DNA of 64,000 nt from Octopus vulgaris (GCA_951406725.2 OX597828.1:62248001-62312000), one strand, 5' to 3'. Counted from the stretch's first letter, positions 14,176 through 27,851 are shown. Notes: generated by a model not told the origin, from the letters alone. Made by a program: numbers and translations.

Positions 14176-15275
14176 ATCTCTACGTGTGTAGCATATTTCT
14201 CTCTGGGCAACATTTACGGCAGAAATGTGTCTGTCAGAAAGCAAACAGTAGCAACAAACACCACAAGACAGTCCCGGCGGTGGCGGCGGCGGTGGCGGTG
14301 TTGGTGTTGTTCTTGAAACCCCAAGTCAGCGCTGATTGAGCAGATTGAAAATCAAAAAAAGTTCCAGGTATGACCACCCCCTCTGATATTTTAGGTACTG
14401 TCTCCGTGATTATTATCTAAATTGTGTCCTACTTTTTAAGATAGCAGTACGTGATATGAGGGTTATTTAGCTGCTATGTCTAATAGGTCGAACAAATGCG
14501 TCAATGTTTCCTAGTTTATGTTTATGTTGATGTGTATGTGTAAATGCGTGCGCGCGTGTGTTTATGCATACATGTTAAGAGGTGCCTGTGTGTAGATGTG
14601 TAGTTCTATAACATGTGTGTATATATGTATGTATGATGTATGCATGTATGTATGTAGGTATGTAGGTATGTATGTATGTATGTATGTATGTATGTGTGCG
14701 CATGTATGTGTGTGTGTATGTATGTGTGTGTGTGTATGTGTGTATGTCATTGTCCAGTTTTATTTCAAGATTTCTTGCCAATGAAGAACCAGTTTCTAAC
14801 CTAGATCCAAGGCTCCTTCATTAGAATTTCAATATTAACAACAGGGTATTTTTGTATGTATGTATGTATGTATGTATGTATGTATACATGTATGTATGTA
14901 TGAGTGTATGTATGTATACATGTATGTATGTATGCATGTAAGTATAAGTATATGTATGTATGTGTATGTATATGTATGTATGTATGTATGTATGTATGCA
15001 TGTACGTATGTATATCTGTATGTGTGTATATATATATATATATATATGTATATGTATATACATATGTATATATATATATATGTGTGTGTGTATATATATG
15101 TATATATGTATGTATGTAAGTCTGAGTGCGTGTGTGTACGTGTGTATTTGTGAGTGTGTCTGTCTGTCTGTGTGTGTGTGTATGTGTGGAGAGAGAGGCT
15201 GTATTCTGGATTTGTTGCAGAGAAAATACATCAGGTGACTGAAGTTTAAGATAAGATTAACAACAACAACTGATG

Positions 15276-15319
15276 CATCATCATCATCACCCCATCATCA
15301 TCATCATCATCATCTTTAC

Positions 15320-15378
<59 letters not shown>

Positions 15379-15403
15379 CCATCATCATCATCTTTACCAC
15401 CAC

Positions 15404-15462
<59 letters not shown>

Positions 15463-15487
15463 CCATCATCATCATCTTTACCACCAC

Positions 15488-15544
<57 letters not shown>

Positions 15545-15601
15545 TATCATCATTACCATCTTTACCAGTATCATCATCATCATCATCATCATCATCATAA
15601 C

Positions 15602-15650
<49 letters not shown>

Positions 15651-15975
15651 GTTGTCGACGTCAACAGTAACAACAGCGACAGTTGCATCAACATCAAAAG
15701 CAACAACGGTAACAACAACAACAATATCATCATTAACAACAATACCAACAACGAAAGCATCAACAACACAAACAACTTCAACGTCATCACCAGCATCATC
15801 GTCAATAACAACAACAGCAACAACGACGACAAGAACAATAATGCCCACCACCACCACCACCACCACTACTACTACTGCCATCGCCGCCGCCACCACCGTC
15901 AACAACAACAACAACTGCTACAGCTGACAGCAACTGCAAAAACAACACCAGCAAGAACAACACGAACACTGATTA

Positions 15976-16007
<32 letters not shown>

Positions 16008-16020
16008 ATTACAACTACTT

Positions 16021-16081
<61 letters not shown>

Positions 16082-16095
16082 CGCTACTATTACTA
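15276..16095. repeat. Compound (CAT)n/(CAA)n/(CTA)n microsatellite with higher-order 78-84 bp units
   Basis: TCTTTACC interruptions at 15313, 15391, 15475 and 15559. Confidence 0.9.
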
Positions 16096-16205
16096 AGCTA
16101 CTGCTGTGTTTTGCTGCTGTTTTTACTTAAGCCACCATAACATTCACGAACAAATTTACATCGTCATATATCGTCACTCGTACACATTGATTATATACAT
16201 ATGTG

Positions 16206-16267
<62 letters not shown>

Positions 16268-16300
16268 CGCATACATACACACATACACACATATACACAT

Positions 16301-16349
<49 letters not shown>

Positions 16350-16551
16350 GACATACACATACACGCGTTTATAATTGTAAATTTATACATATACATATAT
16401 GTATATGATTTTATATTTTTATGAATATTTAGTAGAAGCAACGGTGACTCAAGAGCCCCGAGTTTCGTTCTTTCGGTCACTCTGGCTTGCGCTAAATAGC
16501 AATAAAAATATACTTAATTTCAGTTCTATTTTTCAAGTTTACATCACTAAA

Positions 16552-16639
<88 letters not shown>

Positions 16640-16734
16640 CACACACACACACACGCGCACACACATATAGTTATATGTGTGCATTTATGTATGTTTGTGC
16701 GTGTGTATGTAAAAATTCCTCTTAATTTTGTATG

Positions 16735-16779
<45 letters not shown>

Positions 16780-17312
16780 TATATATATGATATAATACTA
16801 TTCCACAGCCATACCAGAAATCCAATAATATTATTCCACATATACAAAAACAACCATACCAACAATCCAACATGCTTCCATCATTAGCTGTCTCACGGAT
16901 ATCATGATGGTTTCGACACCTTTGTAGAACCATTCAATCCAGCAGTTTCAGCAGCACTAAAATAAGTGTTGCTTGGGAACAAACCAAAGAAACTACAACT
17001 TTCAAACACATTTACCCTATGTAAAACCGTATCGATAAATAAATTCGATAAGTAAATTACAACCATTTCTAAATACGTAACTAAACAGCGACAAATCTAT
17101 TAAGTCATACAAAAATTATAATCTCTACCACATTCATTCAATCAATCAATTTATAGGCAGGGTTAAACACTAACTTAAATAAAACTACAACAAAGACACA
17201 CATAAACTAATGTACATTGTATCGGTATTAATAGTAAACTGCAATAACTAAATTATATGTTAAATTGCGACCAATATTTAACTCCATATATATATATATA
17301 TATATATATATA

Positions 17313-18552
17313 CGAAGGGCGTTCAATAAGTAATGCCCCTGACCCACTTCCCATAGCAGTAGAGCAACGACACTTGGCACAGTTATTAGTCTTTTCTTAC
17401 ATAGGAACTACCCAGAGTTATGCATTTCTCCCATCGTTTGATACAGCTCTGGAGACCGTTTTTGTAGAAGACCCCAGCTTGGTCCTCCAACCACGACGTG
17501 ACTTCAGAAATCAAGGCTGCATCATCTGGGAAACGCTTTCCTTTCAAAATCAACTTCATGGCTGGGAAGAGGTGAAAATCAGAGGGTGAAAGGGGAGGAG
17601 TTCATAGCTGCACGCCTGTGCTTCTGATCTGGCGACACGCGAGTTGTGGACCGGAGCGTTGTCCTGCAGGAGGAGGATGCCTTTGCTGATCTTGCCCCGC
17701 CTCTTGATTTTGATAGCTTAATTTCCTCAAAAATGAAGCATAATAGGCTCCAGTAATTGTGGTACCCTTTGCCAGGAAATCTGTCATCACTACTCCGTCC
17801 TGGTCCCAGAAGACTGTGAGCATAACCTTGTCAGCGGAGGAGGTGAGTCACGGTGCTTTCACTGCATTGACTGGGCTTTGGTCTATGGATCATAGTGATG
17901 GACCCAGGTGTCATCCTGTGTAATAAGTCTTTTGAAAAATTTTGACTCATCTTCTTGGCAGATCTCCAAATTCATCCTCGAGCACTCAACGCGTTCTTGC
18001 TTCTGGAAAGGTATGAGCAACCTGGAAATCCATCTGGCAGACACCTTTTGCATATGCAAATGGTCATGAATGATAATTTCCACAGACCCGGTACTAAACT
18101 TGACCTTATGGACTATTTGGCGAATAGTTATGCTTTGACCTTCCAAAATGGCAGCCTCAACTTGACGGACAGACGTCTCATCAACGGCAGAAGGGGGCGA
18201 CCAGATCTGGGAGCTGTTTCCACAGAGTTCCGACTATGTTTGAATTCACAATGCCAGCGTTTTATAAGGTCATATGATGGGGCATCATCACCATAAGTTA
18301 CTTTCATTTCATCAAAAGTCTCCTGTGGTGTGCGTCCTTTCAAATACAAAAACCAGATCACTGCTCGACACTCAACAGGCTCCATTTCACACTTGACTCA
18401 GTTCAAACACCTGTAAATCAGAAACCACAATTAGTTCAGAGCTGTAATTCGCCACTTAATCTATAGAGGTATAAATAAGTGCACATGCAAAATTTCAGCT
18501 AGATCAAACAACTGCAAGTGGGTCAAGGGCATTACTTATTGAACGCCCCTCG
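17313..18552 (-). mobile_element. Mariner transposon (irritans-like), full length, transposase inactivated
   Basis: 37 bp TIRs (CGAAGGGCGTTCAATAAGTAATGCCCCTGACCCACTT, 2 mismatches between ends) with TA on both flanks; 1240 bp. Confidence 0.95.
17400..18385 (-). pseudogene. Mariner transposase pseudogene
   Basis: MEPVECRAVIWFLYLKG...RSGRP, ARWISRLL, TQDDTWVHHYDP, MLTVFWD and LLQDNAPVH motifs are spread over several frames with stops. Confidence 0.9.
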
Positions 18553-18563
18553 TATATATACAC

Positions 18564-18631
<68 letters not shown>

Positions 18632-18749
18632 TATATAATTTATCAATATAGGGTAGCAAAAAATTCAAGAAAAATTCAAGAAAAATTTTCTGCAACCAGC
18701 GGTCAAGTGAGAGAATAGAAATAGTCACAGACTATATAATATATTAAAC

Positions 18750-18886
18750 AAAAGTATTAAGGAATGACCCTGATGTTTTTATTTCTCCTTTAGCTTTTCA
18801 GAATTACTACTATTTTTGCGGTTTGAGTTTGGCTGCTCTTTTCAAGTGAGTCGAACGACCTGTAAGGGTCATTCCTTAATACTTTT
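18750..18886. repeat. 22 bp perfect inverted repeat with 93 bp spacer, next to (TA)n
   Basis: AAAAGTATTAAGGAATGACCCT / AGGGTCATTCCTTAATACTTTT. Confidence 0.8.
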
Positions 18887-18893
18887 ATATATA

Positions 18894-18957
<64 letters not shown>

Positions 18958-18958
<1 letters not shown>

Positions 18959-19835
18959 TAGCTTAAGGTGACCCGCGCGTAGAGCGGGTAAGAGTATGGT
19001 TGTTACTTTCTATTGCTTCCTTTCGGCACGTAAAAAGCACCATCCGAACGTGGCCGATGGTAGCGCCGCCTTGACTGGTTTCTGTGCCGGTGGCACGTAA
19101 AAAGCACCAACCGACCGTGGCCGCTGCCAGCCCCACCCCCGGCACGAAAAAAACACCAACTACACTCACGGAGTGGTTGGCATTTGAAGGGCATCCAGGT
19201 GTATAGCACTGCCAGATTAGACTGGAGCCTGGTGCAGCCTCCTGGCTTCCCAGAACCCGGTCAAATCGTCCAACCCGTGCTAGCACGGTAAACGGACGTT
19301 AAACGATGATGATGATGATGATAATGATAATGATTCTCCCTCTTTGTTTCTCTCTCCTTTCTCTCTCACTTTCCCACTCTCTTACTCTTCCTTTCTCTCG
19401 GACTCTCCCTAGCTTTCTCTTACTCTATTGTTATCTATCTCTCTCGCATTTATAAACAACAAAAGATCTTGAGTAAGTTGAGAAAAATATATTTTCAAAG
19501 ATCACTCATAAATATCAGGCAATGACAACGGAAAGGTCTGCTTCAAGGCAGACAACAAAACACTAACATTTAAAAGGGAAAGACGAACTTGCGAGCTGGA
19601 TAAAAATTTGAAAAATATTGGAAACCAAAGTTTGAAGGGATAGAACCTGAGGATAGTAGAGTCACCATGGCTGTCATTTCTTAACGACGGACAGCAATGT
19701 AGTGGCAGTTTAACGGCTGGCGTAAAATTTTGAACTTAATGTAAAAGAAAATTCCTAAACACCAAGATTTGAAGGGATTCTTTCTCACGACAGTAGACTC
19801 ACCATGGCAAGCATTCAAAACTTCTTCATCATAGA
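18958..19835 (-). mobile_element. Non-autonomous Helitron (3' end clear, 5' end tentative) containing a SINE-like insert
   Basis: Minus strand ACCCGC-TCTACGC-GCGGGT hairpin followed by CTAG|T; possible A|TCTAT 5' end at 19835. Confidence 0.5.
19010..19335 (+). mobile_element. SINE 3' part with (GAT)n tail
   Basis: Three internal GGCACGTAAAAAGCACCA-like repeats; ends ACGGACGTTAAACGATGATGAT. Confidence 0.55.
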
Positions 19836-19931
19836 TGTAGGTATGTACATATATGTATGTATGTATGCATATATTTTATTTATTAAATTGTTATTATATG
19901 ATTGAACGCCACGCGTCTTCTTCCAAGTGAG

Positions 19932-19979
<48 letters not shown>

Positions 19980-20036
19980 GTTCGTTATTATCTAGTTAAT
20001 GAGAGACAGAAGATGGAAGATACGACTGTTTTTATT

Positions 20037-20089
20037 TATCTCTACAATTGTTTCGACCCATCTATCATTGGTCCCTCACAGGTGAGATA
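20037..20089 (-). ncRNA. Degenerate minimal hammerhead motif
   Basis: TATCTC(AC)-CTG-TGA-(GG)GACC..GGTC-GAAA-CAATTG-TA-GAGATA; the core lacks one A. Confidence 0.4.
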
Positions 20090-20709
20090 CAACTGGTTCA
20101 GGAGCATCCGATGGTGTAGATGTGTCTCTTCGAGTGATAAACTCGTTAAAATAACAGTTTCACAATGTTACTCCTCAGTTCTTGCGAAGCAGCAAATATG
20201 TGCACTTACAAATGTAGATAGATAGAGAGAGAGAGAGGGGAGGAGACAGCCTGTGAATAAAATAGTGATATTGTAATGCATACAAGGATAGTAGAATCCC
20301 ATAACTGACCTAACCTCTGTATATCGACAAGAAGAGTTCCTTTCTCTATTCCTGTTACCTACTTCCTCTTTTACAGATCTTTCTAGATCTGTCCATACAA
20401 GTCAATTTCCCTTTGTTTCTATTTGAGCATAAACTTCGCATGGCTTTCTCCACACTCAGATAAACCTCGTCCATTTTGACGGGTACTGCCTTAGTTTATA
20501 TATATCTTCCATTTCCTATCTATTATCTACCTATCTATCTTTGTATCTATCTTTATCTATCTATCCATCTCTTTGTTTCTTAGTGTGTATATATGTAGTG
20601 TACACATACCCTTAACCATGCTTATATAGGTGTATGTTTGTATATACATATGTAAGTACATATATGTTTGTGTATATATATATATACGTATATATATATA
20701 TATATATTC

Positions 20710-20786
<77 letters not shown>

Positions 20787-20800
20787 GATAGATAGATAAA

Positions 20801-22434
20801 TCTATATATATAAAAGTGAAGTTGTGTGAGTGTCTGTCTCCTACGATTTAGATTCCTAACTACTCCCACATTTTGCGGTGCAGTTTAACCAAATTCGGGT
20901 ATCTTATAGTCGTGATTCATATCGAGCCCGTCTGGGTATTAGCGCGCGTCTACGATGAGTCTACGATTTTAAAAATAATTTACCATCATTTTTTTCCATT
21001 TTAACGCTTATTTTTTTCCCTCCCTCGTGAAGCTGTGGGGAAGGGAGTGTAAGGAAATCAACGTCGTAAAGCGTTGTCAAGGAGACCAGTGTTCTTTTAG
21101 AACAACGACTTCATGGCTTGAAGACACCAAAACAGAAATGGCTAAGAAAGCCCGAAAGCAAATTCTACAAAATCGGGAAACACGCCACACAGGGAAGGTT
21201 TCCCGTGCAAATAATTTGCACAACCGAATGTTTTAGTTGTTGCACAACTTTTACTTAAAAAATATTATCTAAACACAAACTTTTGAAGGTAATATTGTAT
21301 GGCGATGGTACTTGTGAAATATGGTAATGGATTTAGTAGCCAAAAGGAGAGAGCAGAGGCATATTATGGTGGTGGTGGAGGCGGTGGTAGTGGCAGCGGT
21401 GGTGGCGTTGGTGCTGGTAGTGGTGATGGTGGTCGTGGTCGTCGTGGTCGTCGTGTTTGTGGTGGTGGTGGTGGTGGTGGTGGTGGTGGTGGTGGTGGTG
21501 GTGGTGGTGTTGTTGTTGTTGTTAGTGGTGGTGGTGGTCGTGGTCGTGGGGGTGGTGATGATGGTGGTCATGGTGGTCGTGGTGATGATGGTGGTGGTCG
21601 TGGTGGTCTTCGTGATGGTGGTGGTGATGGTCATGGGCGTAGTGGTGGTGGTGGTCATGGTGGTAGTGGTGATGGTGTTGGTCGTGGTGGTGGTGATGGT
21701 GGTGGTGGTGGCTGAAGCTGTCGTCTGGGTTCTTCTAATTTTTTCGTGTGTCGGTGGCGGCGTTGGCGTTCATGCCCGCACCTGCACCTGTGTAGCTCCT
21801 CCCCTTCTTCCCTCCCTCGTGAAGCTGTGGGAAAGGCAGGGTAGGGAAATCAATGTCGTAAAGCGTTGTCAAGGAGACCAGCGTTCTTTTAGAACAACGA
21901 CTTCATGGCTTGAAGTCGCCAAAACAGAAATCGCTAAAAAAGCTGAAACAGATCCACAAAAACGGCAAAAACCGCCACACAGGGCAGGTTTCCTGTGCAA
22001 ACAATTTGCACAACCGAATGTTTTAGTTGTTGCACAAATCTTTATATATAAAAGTGAAGTTGTGCGTCTGTCTCCTACGATTTAAATTCCTAACTACTCC
22101 CACATTTTGCGGTGCAGTTTAACCAAAACCGGGTATCTTATAGTCGTGATTCATATCGAACCCTTCTGGGTATTAGCGCGCGTCTACGATGAGTCTACGA
22201 TTTTTAAAAAAATTACCATCATTTTTTCCATTTTAATGCATTTTTTCGCTATTATATAAGGGAAGTAACTCTCTAAAAATGTCTACGATGTGTCAACGAT
22301 TTAAAAAAAATTACCATAATTTTTTATTCCATTTTTAATGCATTTTTTTTGTTATTTTTTGGCTATAACTCTCTAAAAATGTTTATATAGTTATTTCCCT
22401 TACAAACCCGAGCAACGCCGGGCCATACTGCTAG
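20801..22434 (+). mobile_element. Composite non-autonomous Helitron
   Basis: A|TCTATATATATAAAA 5' end at 20801, second 5' end at 22039, 3' hairpin CCCGAGCAACGCCGGG followed by CTAG|T at 22431-22434; internal duplication of about 21015-21250 at about 21810-22037. Confidence 0.75.
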
Positions 22435-22568
22435 TTATATATATACGTATATATAAATATAGACATTTTTATGTATATATATATACACACACACATTTGT
22501 ATATATATATATTTATGTATATTCTTATAGATGTATGTATGTATATATTTATGTATATATATATATCC

Positions 22569-22610
<42 letters not shown>

Positions 22611-22612
<2 letters not shown>

Positions 22613-23648
22613 CTTAGATAAAACTTAGATATGTTTCGGCCAAAGATTGGTCCAGGCCATGTCTAACTTAATAGCACCTGATAGGATTATCTGAATCCTG
22701 TTTAAGTCAAGTTTTGTTTATGGTCCATTCAAGTAGTGAGTTTCTGTTGGGTGAGTTGTATCCAATTATGGGTGGCTTATCTGGTATTCCTTGCAGGAAT
22801 CTATCCAGACTCCATCTAAAGTTGATGGGATCCTTTTCTTCTTTGATCTCTTTCGGGACAATGTTAAATAGGGCAGGGCCTGTTGAGGAAAAGAAATTAC
22901 GTTGCAGTGTACATGTATGCTGTGATCTTGAATTGGGCAGGGGACGTATGGCTCGTGGTCCCAGTCTTGGATGAACCTTAAAGCTAATGTTCAGGTCGTT
23001 TGGGCAAAGTTAGCGGTATATACTCCACATCGTACAAATGATGTACCGCTCACGGCGACGCTGGAGAGAGTAGAGTTTCAAGGCTTTAAGGCGGTCCCAA
23101 TAATCGAGAGCAGCCATGCCTTCAATTCGTTTAGTGAGTGCCCTCTGGGGTGATTCAATCCTCGAGATGTTTTGCTTGTATGGGGAGACCACAGTGGGCA
23201 GCAGTATTCGAGGTGTGGCCGTACAAAGGAGGAGAAAAGTGGTATGATGACACCTTGTTCTCTGGACCGGAAAGTTCTTAAGATCCAGGAACTCATCCTA
23301 CGAGCTATATCGACCTTCTTGTTGATGTGTGCACTCCAACTGAGATCGTCATCAACAACTTCACCCAGGTCTCTGATATTGTTAGAGGCTGTGAGCGGTT
23401 CCTCTGAAGGAAGAGAGTATGGCTGTTTTAGTGAGGAATTTCTTCCAAAATGCATCAGCTCAAATTTTCCCTCGTTCAGTTGCATTTTGTTTTGTTTCTG
23501 TCTGCCCATTGACTCACAGCATATAGATCACACTGGAGTTGAGTTCGGTCTGCTTCTTCATTGACGATTTGCTGGAGCTTAGTGTCATCAGTAAATATTT
23601 TCACTTTGCAGTGACGTACGACATTGGAAAGGTCGTTTATGTAAATTA
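22611..23648 (-). mobile_element. CR1-group LINE, 5'-truncated (RT C-terminal half plus 3' UTR)
   Basis: IYINDL...FTDDTKL...LQCDL, RDLG, VRPHLEYCCPLWSP, LYSLQRRRERY; frameshifted; (TA)n tail. Confidence 0.9.
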
Positions 23649-23672
23649 TATAAATATATATATATATATATA

Positions 23673-23899
23673 TTTCTTTACTACCCACAAGGGGCTAAAC
23701 ATAGAGGGGACAAACAAGGAGAGATAAAGGGATTAAGTCGATTACATCGACCCCAGTGCGAAACTGGTACTTTATTTATCGACCCCGAAAGGATGAAAGG
23801 CAAAGTCGACCTCGGTGGAATTTGAACTCAGAACGTAATGACAGACGAAATACCGCTAAACATTTCACCCGGCGCGCTAATTTCTCTGCCAGCTCGCCG
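23673..23899 (-). mobile_element. Nin-domain tRNA-derived SINE with Tx1-like 3' tail
   Basis: B box GAGTTCAAATTCC; CCGAGGTCGACTTTGCCTTTCATCCTTTCGGGGTCGATAAA (Nin-type domain). Confidence 0.8.
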
Positions 23900-23919
23900 A
23901 CTTATACGTATTTATATAT

Positions 23920-23990
<71 letters not shown>

Positions 23991-24056
23991 CGTATGTGTG
24001 TATATATATATATATATGCACATACGTATATCTATTTATATATAGGTATATATATA

Positions 24057-24233
24057 TTTCTTTACTACCCACAAGGGGCTAAACACAGAGGGGACAAACA
24101 AGGACAGAAAAGCGATTAAATAGATTCCATCGGCCCCAGTGCGTAACTGGTACTTAATTTATCGACCCCGAAAGGATGAAAGGCAAAGTCAACCTCGGCG
24201 GAATTTGAACCCAGAACGTAACGGCAGACGAAA
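24057..24233 (-). mobile_element. Second Nin-domain SINE, 5'-truncated
   Basis: Highly similar to 23673-23850. Confidence 0.8.
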
Positions 24234-24310
24234 TATATGTGACCGCCTGTGTACCGTTGGCGATTTTTTTCCCCTCTGTCTTCCCTTCTCTGGATCTTGC
24301 CTTCTCCTAT

Positions 24311-24345
24311 GTTTCCGACGAAGTGCTACGCTCGAAACGTTAAAC
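24311..24345 (+). ncRNA. Degenerate minimal hammerhead motif in a ~210 bp element (24236-24447)
   Basis: GTTT-CCGACGA-A-GTGC-TAC-GCTC-GAAA-CG-TT-AAAC; U4 is mutated; same layout as the 59.3 kb motif. Confidence 0.4.
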
Positions 24346-24442
24346 CCTCCTTCTTCCCTTCCTTCCTGAGCGTCCAATAATACTATATTTGTTCCACGTC
24401 CTCGCGTTGTTGTGTTTTCTCTTTGTCTTTTCATGTTTGGAT

Positions 24443-24491
<49 letters not shown>

Positions 24492-24494
24492 GTT

Positions 24495-24533
<39 letters not shown>

Positions 24534-24723
24534 ATATATATTTGTATATATTTATGTATATATATATATATGTATGTATATATATATATTTATGCCTGTA
24601 TGTATGTATATATATATATATACGTGTATATATATATATATACATTTGTATATATATATATGTGTGTATGTGTGTGTGTGTATGTATATGTATGTATGTA
24701 TATATATCTTTGTATATATATTC

Positions 24724-24759
<36 letters not shown>

Positions 24760-25115
24760 GCACACACACGCACATGCACACATACATACTCTCGCACTCA
24801 AATAGGTTAGCTATTTTTGGTGGTTTATTCTTTAGCTTTTTTATTGCATTTTTTACTTATAGTTGTTATCGATGCTGCTGTTGCGAATGTTGTTGTTGTT
24901 GTTGTTGTTATTTTATCAGTTAATGAATGCGTACGTGTAACTGTTTGTTTGCAATGGAGTGGCCGGCTCCATTGAAACGGGCGCTATCATATAACGGTGA
25001 CATTCCACTGACGTGAAAAGTTAATCAACTAAAGTAAGACCTGAGAACAGACAGACAAGGCCGGCTCTGTGTGCGCAGGGGCATGCGCGCGCGCGCGTGT
25101 GTTTGTGTGTGTGTT

Positions 25116-25156
<41 letters not shown>

Positions 25157-25619
25157 ATCTAGGACAGTTGATAGGTGTCAAATTTTCTAGTTTATCAATG
25201 AGACACTAAAAATACAGATAAACAGACACCCGTCTTGTTTTACAGTGAGGCCGAAAAAGAGGAGGACAGAAAGACGGTGTCGTGTCTCGTCTTGGTAAGG
25301 TTTTTTGCAGAAGATTATGTAGGGCTTTTGTTGTTGCTGTCGGTGGTGGTGGTGGTGGATTTATGATGTTTTTGTTTGTTTTTGAGACGTATGAAAAATG
25401 AACCGAATGGCGGTAGGATATCAGTTGTTTTTTGTTCGTGTTTGTGTGTGTGTTTTGTGCATTTTTTGTGTATGTTTGGATGTGTTTGTGTGTATGTGTT
25501 TTTAAATAATTTGTTTTAGCCCCTGTGTGGGGGGGGGCGGGGTGTACTCTTGTTTTAGCCTGTATGCCAATATACGTATGTTTATGTATGTGAGTGAATG
25601 CAAGTTTCAGTCTATACAC

Positions 25620-25651
<32 letters not shown>

Positions 25652-25720
25652 GTAGGTCCCGGGTTGATTCGGGGTTAACCACAGTAAATAAGGTACTCAA
25701 TACATAGCAGAGTAAAATTA

Positions 25721-25843
25721 ATTTATTATATAGAAGGAGCTTCTACAGGACTAGAACTGTTTCATTCAATAGAAATCTTCAGGATGAAGATTTCTATTGA
25801 ATGAAACAGTTCTAGTCCTGTAAACTCCTTCTATATAATAAAT
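25721..25843. repeat. Near-perfect ~60 bp-arm palindrome centred on a hammerhead-like CTGAAGA box
   Basis: Arms 25721-25781 and 25785-25843; minus strand CTGAAGA-TTTC-TATT-GAAT-GAAA-CAGT-TC. Confidence 0.8.
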
Positions 25844-25861
25844 ATATATATATATATATAT

Positions 25862-25932
<71 letters not shown>

Positions 25933-25934
<2 letters not shown>

Positions 25935-26374
25935 TGGCTAATTCGCAACTCTATAACTTAAAGGCCGAAAAATATACGTCACTTAAGGGCACTAAACAGC
26001 ACCAGTAATGCTAGAAATAAGCGTCAAAACAACTCAATAGCCACACAAAGCACTGTTTTAATGAGCTGTCAAGGGAGACAATCCCCGTACGGTCGTAAAG
26101 CTTGATCACCTATGATTTCGCATTCTGATTCTTAACGCGTTGAGGAGCGACTGATGAGCGTTAAGATGCGTTCAGATGCGAAATCATCGGTGACCTAGCT
26201 CTGCGACCATACGGGGATTGTCTCCCTCGTCAGCTCATTAAAATAATGCTTTTTGTGGCTATTGAGTTATTTTGGCTCTTATTTCTAGCAATACTGGTGC
26301 TGTTTAATGCCTTTGTTCACTTAAGTGACGTATATGTTTCGGCCTTTAGGTTATAGAATTGCGAATTAGCCACC
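25933..26374. mobile_element. Fold-back element with ~205 bp diverged inverted arms, flanked by (TA)n
   Basis: GGTGGCTAATTCGCAA...TTAACGC / GCGTTAAG...TTGCGAATTAGCCACC. Confidence 0.85.
26144..26202 (+). ncRNA. Type I hammerhead ribozyme motif
   Basis: GGAGCGA-CTGATGA-GCGT...ATGC-GAAA-TCA-TCGG-TGA-CC-TAGCTCT; the mirror arm retains the canonical TGA-TC cleavage site. Confidence 0.55.
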
Positions 26375-26378
26375 CATA

Positions 26379-26495
<117 letters not shown>

Positions 26496-26560
26496 GGAGT
26501 AAACACATAAATGTGAAACAAGGTGGAAAAAAAGAGTACTCAAATACCAGTGGTAGAGTA

Positions 26561-26626
26561 ATATGCTTTATTTAAAGCAGCAGAAAATTCTACAAAATTG
26601 TAGAATTTTCTGCTGCTTTAAATAAA

Positions 26627-26632
<6 letters not shown>
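26561..26632. repeat. 35 bp-arm hairpin palindrome containing AATAAA, adjacent to (TA)n
   Basis: ATATGCTTTATTTAAAGCAGCAGAAAATTCTACAA / TTGTAGAATTTTCTGCTGCTTTAAATAAAGTATAT. Confidence 0.85.
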
Positions 26633-26664
<32 letters not shown>

Positions 26665-27210
26665 GTTTAAGCTTGTGAGTGTATACTTGTTTTTGCCTAT
26701 ATAGGAGTTTCTGTACGTTTATTTATGTGTATGTATATAACTGGTTTGGTCTATATGCGAGTGTGTGTTTTTACTTGATTTTGTCTATACGTGAGTCTAT
26801 GGATATTGATGCGTCTATGTCTATATACATGTTTTGGCTTATATGCGAATATATGTTTGTGTTTGTGTGTTTGCATATTCTTTTATTCTTTGATTTGTTT
26901 CATTCATTTTACTGCTGTCATGATGGAGCACCACCTTAATACACACACACACAGCACACGCACACACACACACATATACATAAATAAATGACACATATAT
27001 GGGTATAGGACGTCACCAACGGTGCAAATAACATGAAATACGTAAACAACGAGAAAAAATAGGAAACAGGACAAGTAAACATAGACAAAGGCCCCTTCAT
27101 CAGTTGTAGGCTATCTATCTACTCCTCATTTCGATATAATATGTGTGTGTGTTGTGTGCGCATGTATGTATGTATGTATGCATGCATCTATGTATATATA
27201 TATATATATA

Positions 27211-27570
27211 GGCATGGTTCTGGGTTCAGTTCCACTGCGTTTCACTTTGGGTAATTGTCTTCTACTATAGCTTCGGGCCAACCAAAACCTTTTGAGTGGA
27301 TTTGGTAGACGGAAACTGAAAGAAGCCAGTCGTATATGTGTGTGTCGCGCGCGCGCGTGTTTGTGTGTCTGTGTTTGTCCCCACCAACATTGCTTGACAA
27401 CCGATGCTGGTATGTTTACGTCCCCGTAGTTTAGCGGTTCGGCAAAAGACACCGATAAAAAAAGTACTAGGCTTACAAAGAGCAAGTCCTGGGGGCGATT
27501 TGCTCGACTAAAGGCGGTGTTCCAGCATGGCCACAGTCAAATAACTGAAACAAGTAAAATAGTAAAAGAG
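27211..27570 (+). mobile_element. tRNA-derived SINE family A, 5'-truncated
   Basis: B box GGTTCAGTTCC; tail GGCGGTGTTCCAGCATGGCCACAGTCAAATAACTGAAAC. Confidence 0.85.
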
Positions 27571-27851
27571 TATATGTATACATACGTGTATAAATATTTA
27601 ATATTTGGGACTAATGGGTACATGTCGGTTTGTGTATTGAAGTGGCACAGTTTGGGTTACCTGGTGTCACCCACAGTCAGGGTATATTTCCGTTGGATCT
27701 ACTTCAGGAATTCCACAGTATTAGCTGAGATGGATGCAACACAATATGTTGAACGGAGTCACACCACTAAGGGACAGTAACAGGACAGGTCGAAACAACC
27801 GTTATACAAAATAAAGATTAATACCAAATCCATCTTCTGGTTACTTAAGAA

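Noticed and set aside
15246-16130. Asp-rich 222 aa and Ile-rich 285 aa ORFs
   Set aside because: They derive from a (CAT)n compound microsatellite open in several frames.
21299-22085. Gly-rich 138 aa and Val-rich 254 aa ORFs
   Set aside because: They derive from a (GGT)n tract inside the Helitron composite.
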